Assembly (NCBI GenBank): GCA_951406725.2
Contig: OX597825.1
Location: 10,106,001-10,170,000 of the forward strand
Length of the DNA stretch: 64,000 bases
Source: Octopus vulgaris
Lineage: Eukaryota
Direction: 5' to 3'
Shown here in pieces: positions 52,652 through 64,000 of the stretch. The first letter of the stretch is position 1, and every line of letters begins with the position of its first letter. The notes under the pieces are model-generated. The model worked only from the letters and a program-made list of their open reading frames with translations, was not told where the DNA came from and made no database searches. Both the position numbers and the translations under genes were made by a program.

Positions 52652-54486
52652 ATGTGTGTGTCTTTGTATCTGTGTTTGTCCCCACCCCCACTCCAACTGA
52701 CAACTACTGCTAGTGTGTTTACATCTCCATTACTTAGCGGTTGGACAAAAGAGACCAATGGGATAATTACAGGACTTAAAAAAGAAAAGATAAGTGGGGG
52801 GAGGGGGGGTTGATTCATTCAACTAAAATTTTTCAAGGCAGTGCCCCAGCAAAGTCACAGTCTAATGAGTGAAACAAGTAAAAGATGAAAAAAAAATAAA
52901 AGATTAACTCAATCATCAGACACGTATTGAGACGATGTAACACAAAGAAAATGTCATTAATCAAAAGACGCCAAAAACAAAGACAAAAAAAATCGATGTC
53001 TCTTTAAATGGTTTCTTTCTTTGCATCTATTTATCTGTTACAGCTTCTCTTTGTGGTCTGGCTTATTTTATTCAAAGGACCTGCTCTCAGATAAAATTGA
53101 GTTCGATCCTAATGTTTAGCATAAAGTCTTCAGAAACGGTGGTGGGATAATATGGAATGTAAACATAAATCAATCAATCTGATCGCTGATTCAATGTAAT
53201 CCAACATGAGAACAAAATATATGAAGACAAGATTTGTTGCTTGTGAAGAATGGTGAATGTGAAATAATATGAAATAAGAGATTAACTACAAACTGCAACA
53301 TTAAATGAATGAGATAACACTAATGTTAATGTAAATTTACACATGTGGAGACATGAACTCTTACAGAAATGATGCTGTTGTTTACAAGTGAGGAAATGTG
53401 GGCAGTTTGTGGAATTTGTAAGACGTGAATTTTGTATGTTTACAGTAGGCGTAGGTGTGGCTGTGTGGTAAGTAGCTTGCTTACGAACCACATGGTTGCG
53501 GGTTCAGTCCCACAGTGTGGCACCTTGGGCAAGTGTCTTCTACAGTAGCCTCAGGCTGACTAAAGCCTTGTGAATGGATTTGGTAGATGGAAACTGAAAG
53601 AAGCCCATCGTATATATATATATATATATATATGGGGGGGGGTGTATGTTTGTGTGTCTGTGTTTGTCCCCCCAACATCGCTTGACAACTGATGCTGGTT
53701 CGGCAAAAGAGACCAATAGAATAAGTACTAGGCTTACAAAGAATAAGTCCTGGGGTCGATTTACTCGACTAAAGGCGGTGCTCCAGCATGGCTACAGTCA
53801 CATGACTGAAACAAGGAAAAGAGTAAAAGAGTAACTGAGAAATTTTTCTGAATGGCTGTTACAAATATTTATGTATTTGAAGGATTATTTAATATGATTT
53901 TAGCATATTTAATATGATGGTAGCTCTCTATTGTTTAAAGATTATAACCGTTATTGTTCTTTTTGCGTGCTTAATATCTCGAAAGTTAAGATGACAGTGT
54001 GTTAGATTTTCCGTTAGTAAAGACCTGTGGCTTAATGGTTAACATATTTGACTCGAGATCGTAGAGTCATAAGTTGCCTTGTGTCTATGAGCAAGACACT
54101 TTATTTCATGTTACTTTTGCCGATTGAGCTGGCAAAAAGGAGTTATATTTGCAATTCAAAGGGCCAGACTTGTTACATTCTGTGTCTTGTTGAATCTCCC
54201 TAAGGATATGTTAAGGGTATGCATGTCTGTGGAATACTCAGCCACTTGAATGTTAATTTCATGAGCAGGCTGTTCTATTGACTGGGTCAACTGGAAACCT
54301 CGTCATCATAACCTTTGGAGTGCCAGTTGCCAAAGTGACCAAGTGTATGAAGCCAAATAAGTTTGTTTTTCTCATGGTTCATTAAGCAGCTTTAATTAAG
54401 GGTGATGTGGCTATGATAAGCGCAGAAGGGCAAGAAAGAATTTTCTTGCTGAGTTCAGCTTGTATACCAATTTGATTCATGCTCTA

Positions 54487-54585
<99 letters not shown>

Positions 54586-55539
54586 CTATCTAGCTATCTT
54601 TCTATCTATCTATCTTTCTATCTATCTATCTCTGTCTAGAAAGGAAATGCATAAACTATGCCTTTTCTCATCTTCTTTTCACTTGTAGATACTATGTAAC
54701 TCATCTATTCCTTTCAAGGCCTAAGAGACTGTCAAAAGAAAACCTCAATTAAAAATAGTTAAATTAGTGTTAAACATCTAATATAGTGAGTAACAAAAAT
54801 CTGATACTTATGTGGTGAAGAAATAAGAGGATTCACACTATGAATAATATTGCTCTAACCGTTTCAGCAGATATGGGAGACAACTCTGGACATGTTTTGG
54901 TCTTATTAGATCTCCTCATAAAATCACAGACTTCCCTTCAATTCTGAAGTAGAGATGAGAGAATCACTAAATAAATTAACCTTATTGTAAATGAGTAACC
55001 ATGAAAATTAAGCATTTGTAAAATACCATTGTCAATAATTCTTAACTCCATTGCTGGTCAAAATCTAAGATTTCTCTTCATCATTTTCATTGATTTTTGG
55101 AAGAAATCTAAAAATATCAAAAATGTATGTGGAAATTATAATTACCCACTGGAAATCCTGAGTGGGAGGAATCCCAGTCTTGTTATAACTCTTAGATCCA
55201 CAGTTTTTATTCTCTTTCTTTTTGTTTTGTTGTTTTTACATTTTCTATCATTGGATGAACTTGTTTACTCTTTGCTTCTGATAATGATTCCAGCAGCGGT
55301 CATTCTTTTTGAGTCATATTTCCAAAATCAGTAAAATAAGTACCATACAAGCCCTTTGGTTTATCAAAGTTATACTAATTATAAAAACCACTAATGAATT
55401 ATAAAATACATGTATAATAGACATAACGACCGAGTTTGTTGGTTGGTTTTCGCTGTTGTGACATTGTGTTACGTGTGCCAGATGAGGCAAAGCACAATGA
55501 TGGGAATTAATTGTCCAATTTATGTTGCTATGGAAAATG

Positions 55540-55584
<45 letters not shown>

Positions 55585-55788
55585 GAAAAATACAAACTGG
55601 GACAAGAATGTAAAACATTTAGAAGATGATACAAAAAACACGGACGGGACATTCGAAGCCTTTAATCTTCAGTCAAGAACCGGATCATCCTAGCAATTTC
55701 GGCTGATTAATCTTGAGATCGCTTCGATCCAGCCAGCCCCAAGGAAAAGCTAAGCTAAGAGCATTAGATTTCTTGGAAAAAGGATCGA

Positions 55789-55824
<36 letters not shown>

Positions 55825-56218
55825 ATTGATTGATTGATGCATACCTTTACATACATACATACATACATAAAGTGGACCCCCTTTGGTCTTTAATAACCAT
55901 AGGTTGACAGAAACTTCCTCTCCAAGGCACAAGTCTGGGCAAGGTTGTTTATGGAAGACTAGCGGTCACCCATGCCTATACCAGCCTCCTCTCTCCATGT
56001 CACCGATGTTGTCCAAGGTAAAAGCAAAAGCTGATACATCTTGGCACCAGTGACATTGTGACAACTTGTTTCTATAGTTGAGTGAACTGGAGCAATGTGA
56101 AGTAAAGTGTCTTGCTCAAGAACACAACTGACAGCCCAGGCCAGGAAACAAACTCACTACCTCATGATTGTGAGACTGACGTTCCAACCACTGAGCCATG
56201 CACCTTCACATACATGCA

Positions 56219-56250
<32 letters not shown>

Positions 56251-56502
56251 GACTTAATGTTTACGGTATGCAAATTAGTAGCTCGAGTTTTCTGAAGCTA
56301 TGTGAATATAAATGATGTGAATATAAATGATGTGAATATAAACAGGTTGGTTACTTATTTCTCTGAGATTGGTTAGAATGATGCAGGTGCCTTTGATGAA
56401 CCCCTTCAAAGGTGGAAAATTGATTAAGGTTTTTCACCATTGTTTCCAATCTATAGAGAAACAAGTAATTTTGACATCTTTGGTTGTTTACTGTGTAGGT
56501 TA

Positions 56503-56546
<44 letters not shown>

Positions 56547-56644
56547 TTCAGCAAAATTTATATTCAGATGAATATGGTACTTAAGTTAAGGGCACCAGAA
56601 TTTTGTATAGTATTATCCATATAAATCAAATGGAGTGATTATAA

Positions 56645-56880
56645 TCAAAATAAGCAACAAGGATATCCAAGGTAGTGTAGTACAATTGTTTCATGCTACT
56701 TCATTTTATTAAACACTATAAGTATTACATCAGTTTTAGAATGTCGAGCAATCGACATATATGTGGCTGAAGATTGCTCGACAATTTAAAACTGATGTAA
56801 AACTTACAGTGTTTAATAAAATGATACAGCATGAAACAATTGTACTACTCTACCTTGGATATCCTTGTTGCTTATTTTGA
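56645..56880. mobile_element. Fold-back element (~105-nt arms)
   Basis: TCAAAATAAGCAACAAGGATATCCAAGGTAG...CTACCTTGGATATCCTTGTTGCTTATTTTGA. Confidence 0.85.
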
Positions 56881-56919
<39 letters not shown>

Positions 56920-56923
<4 letters not shown>

Positions 56924-57492
56924 CATGCAGGAAGTAAAGAGACACGTTTAATTTTCAAAACCTTTTATTTGATATTAACTGGTTGAAGGAGAGGCTTTCT
57001 TCTAGCTGCTTGTCCATAATACCCAAGCTTTTGCAGATATGTAACACACGTTCTTGGACTAACTTCTAGCTGTTTTGCAATGTCAGAAGCCTTCAAACGG
57101 GGTTCGTTTTCCACAATTCTCTTCAACCAGCAATGCTTCCTTTCCAAGGGCCCAGGTCAGCTGAGACATGAATCTGTTGATTCTTTTCATTGGCTTTGAA
57201 TTGCACTATATTTCTATTAACAGTAGCAAGAAGCATTTGAAGATTTTTTGGCAATCTTTTGCTGGCTAAGACCAGCCTCAGATTACCCAACAATACAACC
57301 TCTTTGAAAATCTGACAGTTCTGCTGAATTTTTTTGTGCATGGCATGGTTACTCTTTGCAAATGTTTAGTATAATGGCACCCGGAAAGAAAAATAATGAT
57401 TACATTTTAAATTCTACACTGCTGAAAACATTAAGACGCTTAGATCAAAAATTTTGAAAATTAAAGGTGTCTATTTATTTCCTGCATGTTTG
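56920..57492 (-). mobile_element. Internally deleted Tc1-like transposon
   Basis: ~40-nt TIRs CAGACATGCAGGAAGTAAAGAGACAC.. / ..GTGTCTATTTATTTCCTGCATGTTTG. HTH remnant ...ASDIAKQLEVSPRTCVTYLQKLGYYGQAARRKPLL (Tc1 RKP motif). Confidence 0.85.
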
Positions 57493-58189
57493 TGTATATA
57501 CATATATATATATACAAATATATATGTATATACACACATATATATGTATATAATTTATGTATATAATTTACAAAAATTTGCATTTGTATGCAAGAAACCT
57601 AAGTTGCCTAGTTGAATGCCAGGAATTCTTCAATGTGTTATCATATAATGAGAAAAAAAGTGTTCCTATTCAAATGAATTCAGTTTGAAAATACAAAATG
57701 TGTTATCAAGTCATTTTTATTGTATAATGGTGATTTCTGTTGATAATGTTGTTTTTTTCCCTAATAAATGATCAATGTTGCAATTTACATTGAACTGGTA
57801 GACTGATTTCACATAGAAAAAAAAATGACTGAATATTTCAAAATTCTAGAAAAAAACTCAGTCAACAGGACTGAGTCTCTGACATGTTTAATACAGCAAT
57901 TTGTTTTCTGTTTGGAATATGGTTCCACAACAAAAATGCTGATCCACTGGAACCGTGGAAATTTCTGTGATAAGGTTCAGTTTTTGCATTTTTTCTCTTT
58001 TATTTTTTTTTTTTGGTTTCATTTTAATTTCTGTTATTTTAAATTTATTTTTTATTGAAATATCTGTTGATTATATCAAAATGATGAAATAAAATCAGTT
58101 ATTGTTTAATGAGAAAATATCTATTTTCTATAAGTGAAGTGTGATAGTAGTTGTAGTAATAGTGGTATATATAGATATATATATCTGTA

Positions 58190-58265
<76 letters not shown>

Positions 58266-58899
58266 GTGAGCTGTTGATGTTAAACCTGGCAAGAATTAAA
58301 TTATCAACCCAATAACAGGAACCATCCATTGTGATGGGCTTCACCATTTCTATTTACCAAATTTCTTTGACAAGGCTTTGATTAAACTGAGACTATGGTA
58401 AATGATAATATTTGCAAGGTACTTTGCAGTAGAATCGAACCTGTTACTACTAAGTTTCAAAGACAAACTTCTTAACCATACAACCAATGCTCATTAGTCA
58501 TACCAACAGCTATTGCTATTGGCTCTAATTATACCCTTGTTTAAAGGGTTCAAATCTGCTAGTATCAGAACAGGGATATATAAACAATGAGAATGATCAG
58601 AAGTTTCTGTAACATTTTACAAATTTGTTGAAGATTTGAACCTTAACTTTCCAATCCAGGATGATGCATGAACAGCAGTAAAGGCTGGCTGAGTGCCAGC
58701 TACATATGAGAAATGATAACCATCTATTATGTCTCTATAAAAGAAGAACAAGTCATTTCAGTCGTCAATTAAAAGAACCAAATTCCAGGTAGAACTCCAA
58801 ATAGATTCCTACAATTTTCTTGGAAACCTGCAAAAGAGCTTAAGTAAAGCCTCTTGAGGTACTTTTGAAAAGCTTCCTCGCAAGTGGTCAGCTCTCACA

Positions 58900-59570
58900 A
58901 AAATTGAAACAAAGCACAAAATGTCCTCTTCAGAAGGATGGAAGTAAAGCTGATACTAAGATGTACGGGTCTGTTTTACTGAATTCATGTATCAGCAAAG
59001 TTATTGAATGAATTATAAGTGGAGAAACTGATTACATTCTTAAAGAAAAGTGATATATTGTTACTCAGCATGGTAGCAGCTACTTCATATAAAAATTCTA
59101 CAGAATTATGACTGATTGTTGAAACTGCTGCTCAGCTAATCAAATGTGTGTGGTATATTTTAATCTTGTGAAGGCTTTTGAGAAAGTTGGCTACGGAATA
59201 TGCCCCAAGCTTTGTTAAGTTTACAAGAGTGGCAGCACGACTTTTTAAGACGGATATCAAGTTGTTGCAGCCAGTGCTGTTCTTTCAAAGATTCAATAAT
59301 TGTGAGTGGAGTCCCCTAGGGTACCATCCTGTGACCATCGCTGTTTGTTGTGGATTTGCCAGATAAGCCATAATTTATACAAAACAGCCACTCTCACTAG
59401 ATATGCTGACAATATGAATTTATCAAAAGATACCAAGAGCCCCAAGGACATAAAAAAATATCTTAGAAAGATATTAATTCAATATATAGGTGGATTAAAG
59501 AAAATAACATTCAATTTAATATTGAAAATTTTCAAGCATTCCATTATCATAGGAAGAATCAGTGCATGAC
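58900..59570 (+). mobile_element. Degraded CR1-group reverse transcriptase fragment
   Basis: Motif relics across frames: YLNLVKAFEKV, SGVP, YADN, IYRW..ENNIQFN. Confidence 0.6.
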
Positions 59571-61054
59571 CTGCAGGTATAAAAATGAATTATGTTGCAT
59601 CATTTTGTATTCTGATTACTAGGATGGCATCATTGTTGAATTCTAAGATCATTCAGAACAAAGGAACAGGAAACCATTTTGGTTCTGTGGCAGATTTTTA
59701 TTCTTAATCTCTATATTATTGCCCTCAGTTGTGGGTGCTTTTACCATACAACACTGAATGCAGAACTCAAAGCAAAACATACCTATACATGCACACACAC
59801 ACGCACACACACATACACACACATTCTCTCCCCTCTCTCTCTCTCGCTCTGAAGTGTTTCAACTGTGTTTAATCTTTTATTCATTAATAATTATTCCATA
59901 TTTCCTCGTTAGTCTTTTACATGTAATTTAAATAATAATAAATAAATGCGCCCTTTTTAAAGCTTAGCCGGTTTCCCAGTTTCTATAGCATATGTGTTCC
60001 CCAACTGGACGGGACGCCAGTCCATCTTAGCATTGCTCATTTTTGCCAGCTGAGTGGACTGGAGCAATGTGAAATGAAGTGTTTTGCTCAAGAACACAAT
60101 GCGTCGCCCAGTCCAGGAATCGAAACCACAATCTTACGATCATGGTGCTGATACCCTAACCACTAAGCCACGCGCCTCCACTTTACATGTAATTTAGAAC
60201 ATAAATATTGTGAAGTCCATTAACAGTTCAAGTTCTTCCCAGAGCCAGACAACTGAAGAACTGATGATATAATGACAAATTGTTGCTACCTTCTGTAACC
60301 AAGATTATTCCGTTGCTGATAGCAGAAAGAGATTACGGAAGTGATGTCGTAATTGATGAGATCATTAGAGTAAAGCTCAAAACTGCTTAATGCTCAACTC
60401 ACGGTAACTTTTAATGATATAATTCACTTGTGTGCGGGTTGATTTGGGGTTTGCATTTTATGATAAATAAAGCTTCTGTAGTTAATCTTTTAGTTCTTTG
60501 TGGACTTCTATATAGAATTGAAGCATTATCTAAATACAAAACACACACAAGATGGAAAAACACTAATTACACTAATTAAGTAATTAATGATTACAGCAAT
60601 TTTATATTGAGTTCCACAAAAGAACAAGACAAAACATGATCAACTATAGAAGTTTTATTAATTGTAATAAACAAAATTAATCAACCTGGATCAAAATACA
60701 GCCCATGGTAAATAAATTAAGACAGTATAACTGACACTCCATGAGTCATGATGACAAGCGTTTTTATAGGCGGTTGTAGTTGTAGTCAAAGAAATTGACT
60801 TGAGGACTTTCTTAAGGTTTGTGTGATTTAATCACTTCTCTCTCTTTTACTTGTTTCAGTCATTTGACTGTGGCCATACTGGAGCACTGCCTTTAGTCGA
60901 GCAAGTCAACCCCAGCACTTATTTTTTTGTAAGCCTAGTACTTATTCTATCGGTATCTTTTGCCGAACCACTAAGTTACGGGGACGTAAACACACCAGCA
61001 TCGGTTGTCAAGCGATGCTGGAGGACAAACCCAGACACAAACATATACACATGC

Positions 61055-61098
<44 letters not shown>

Positions 61099-61666
61099 CA
61101 ACATGAATGGAAATTGTAGCTGTGATACCAGTGCCGGTGGCACATAAGAGAACCATCCAACTGTGGCCGTTGCCTGCCTCGCCTGGCCTCCGCGCCGGTG
61201 GCACGTAAAAAGCATCCACTACACTCATGGAGTGGTTGGCGTTAGGAAGGGCATCCAGCCGTAGAAACATTGCCAGATCAGACTGGGCCTGGTGCAGCCT
61301 TCTGGCTTCCCAGACCCCAGTTGCACCATCCAACCCATGCCAGCATGGAAAACGGACGCTAAACGATGATGATGATACACATATATATACGACAGGCTTC
61401 TTTCAGTTTCTGTCTCCCAAATCCACTCACAAGGCTTTGGTTGGCCCGAGGCTATAACAGAAGACACTTGCCCAAGGTGCCATGCAGTGGGACTGAACTT
61501 GGAACCATGTGGTTCGTAAGCAAGCTACTTACCACATAGCCACTCCTACGCCTATTGTAATTATTTTGAACAAATAATTTTAATTTATATTTAAGCTAAA
61601 TATAAAATGTCTGCTCTGAAGGTTACTACTCAATCTTTGTCCATTGGCTTTGAAACTACAAGTATA

Positions 61667-61823
61667 CAGTGGTGCCTTGATGTGCAAGTTAATTTGTTCC
61701 TGGAGACCACTCATAAACCAAAAACTCGTAAACAGAAAATAGAACTCATAAAAGCACGTAAACCCCAGGGTTTTGTAAAGGGGGCCCTCATAAAGTGGGC
61801 CCTCGTAAAGTGAAGTATTACTG
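61667..61823. mobile_element. Tigger-like MITE
   Basis: TA-CAGTGGTGCCTTG...TGAAGTATTACTG imperfect TIRs. Confidence 0.45.
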
Positions 61824-64000
61824 TGTATATAAAATAAGGAGAGTGTGCTTGGCTTAATGATGAGTAGTATTGTACAACACTTGCTGAAACATATTGTGTA
61901 GAATATTATGAAAATATAAACTGAAATATTTTGTTATAGGCATAGGAGTGGCTGTGTGATAAGTAGCTTGCTTATGAACCACATGGTTCCGGGTTCAGTC
62001 CCACTGTGTGGCATCTTGGGCAAGTGTCTTCTACTATAGCCTCGGGCTGACCAATGCCTTGTGAGTGGATTTGGTAGAAGGAAACTGAAAGAAGCCTGTC
62101 ATATATATGTATATATATGTGTGTGTGTGTTTGTGTGTCTGTGTTTGTCCCCCTAGCATTGCTTGACAACCGATGCTGGTGTGTTTACGTCCCCGTCACT
62201 TAGCGGTTCGGCAAAAAAGACCGATAGAATAAGTACTGGGCTTACAAAGAATAAGTCCTGGGGTCGATTTGCTCGACTAAAGGTGGTGCTTCAGCATGGC
62301 CGCAGTCAAATGACGGAAACAAGTAAAAGATTAAAGAGTAAAGAGAGTAGGAGTGGCTGTGTGGTAAGTAGCTTGCTTACGAACCACATGGTTCGGGATT
62401 CAGTCCCGCTGTGTGGCACCTTGGGCAAGTGTCTTCTACTATAGCCTCGAGCTGACCAAAGCCTTGTGAGTGGATTTGGTAGAAGGAAAGTGGATGGCCC
62501 TGCCTGTGGATGGCCATGCCAGTGGAATGCCTTTGATCAAAGGTCTGCTGATTCATGGTTCACCTCTGACAAAACAAACAATAACATTCTAAAGTGAACA
62601 GCGATGGCTTGATACATCTGTTAACGTAGACATTTTTAATACATATTAATTACAAAGGATAGGACACACTCTGCTGTCTCTCGTTAATTTCTCTCCTGTC
62701 AACTTTTCCTTAAAGATGGACTGTGTCCAAAACATTGGATCTTCCAATCTTCACACCAAGTTCAGTGAACTCTTTTTGTCAGTTTATCACCACAACCACA
62801 ACCAGTCTCTCGGGAGTCTGATTATGATACATTGCAAAAATACATGTACAAATATATCATTTACATTTAATTTTTTATTATCTTAACAATTATATAGCAA
62901 GTGTAGTATATACATTTTCCATCCTTGCTAAACATACATACACTTATATTATTATTTTGTGCACAATTACACCAATGACACAGACTTCTTTTAGCCGAGT
63001 GTGTCAAAAATTTCATTTTATTAATAAACTTGTTTTGAAAATATCAATTACATGTTTTACAAATACTTGAGATTTTGATAAGTGCTTTGAGGTAAGCCTT
63101 TTATTATAAGAAGCCTCCTTTTTTAAAATTTTTTAGTCAAAGGTTTTCACATTTCACTAGAAAGAAAATAAATTTGTGGTACATCAGTACTGACACATGG
63201 GTTATTCATGAGATATATCTCAGACAGTAAAACTCTGATTTGTATTGTTTCACTGCTGAGGTAGTCAAACAACTTCAGCAGTTATTTATCCATGAACGGT
63301 TGATCGGTGAAGCATATCCAGAAACTGAAAAATATTTTACTGCGGAACATGGTTGTAAGATTTTTTTTTTACCCGGTCTGCACATGCTTTCTGATGTATA
63401 TCATTATTGAAGCTTATCTACTAAAAAGATTACAAGGATAATCCTAATCCTTCGTAACTTGTTAACCAACCTTATTATCATGGTTGTTCAGCTGTGTGTG
63501 TTGGCATCAATTCCAGATATGCTGCGACTATTGCAGAATTACATACGACTTGTATTGATCCCCATCATAGAGATATCTCTTGGATATCTCTTGTTATTTA
63601 TCCAATAGTTTTACCCTTTCTTTCTCTCTGTATCTTACTCTTTGTTTCTCTCTTTCTTCCTTTGTGCAAACATATAATAAATGTATCGGTGAGGAGGGGA
63701 GCACTTGTGTGCAAGAGTGTTGTTCAGATAAGGTGGCGAGCTGGCAGAAACGTTAGCACACCAGGCAAAATGCTTAGTGGTATCTCGTCTGCTGCTACGG
63801 TCCGAGTTCAAATTCCGCCGAGCTCAACTTTGCCTTTCATCCTTTCAGGGTCAATTAAATAAGTACCAGTTACGCACTGAGGTTGATACAATCGACTTAA
63901 TCCGTTTGTCTGTCCTTGTTTGTCCTCTCTGTGTTTAGTCCCTTGTGGGTAATAAAGAAATAGGTATTTCTTCTGCCGTTACGTTCTGAGTTGAAATTCC

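Noticed and set aside
63190-63420. Possible terminal exon of a minus-strand neighbouring gene
   Set aside because: An acceptor-like TTTTTCAG is present, but all frames stop within about 16 codons and there is no recognisable homology.

Overview
AT-rich, microsatellite- and SINE-dense animal genomic DNA. The repeat families look like those of a coleoid cephalopod, probably Octopus (inference). The window holds the 3' ~300 codons of one + strand gene, a voltage-gated K+ channel beta subunit (Kv-beta / KCNAB / Hyperkinetic, aldo-keto reductase fold). It has 11 GT-AG coding exons between 2372 and 43672 whose phases all join correctly; the N-terminal exons appear to lie upstream of the window. Main discovery: the stop codon sits in the classic leaky context UGA-CUAG (43670-43676). 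It is followed by an in-frame, GC-rich, 68-codon extension ending in a farnesylation-type CaaX box (CSIQ-stop). The two ends of that extension can base-pair into a ~22-bp long-range stem starting 6 nt after the UGA. Together these predict programmed stop-codon readthrough that makes a lipid-anchored Kv-beta isoform. A candidate 42-nt frame-preserving cassette exon lies in the 16.6-kb intron. The rest is tRNA-derived SINEs, LINE fragments (RTE, CR1-like, R4/Dong-like), Tc1/mariner, piggyBac-type and Helitron-type non-autonomous elements, Penelope-like pieces with minimal hammerhead motifs, and simple repeats. Almost all ORFs in the supplied track are repeat artefacts. Repeat boundaries are approximate.
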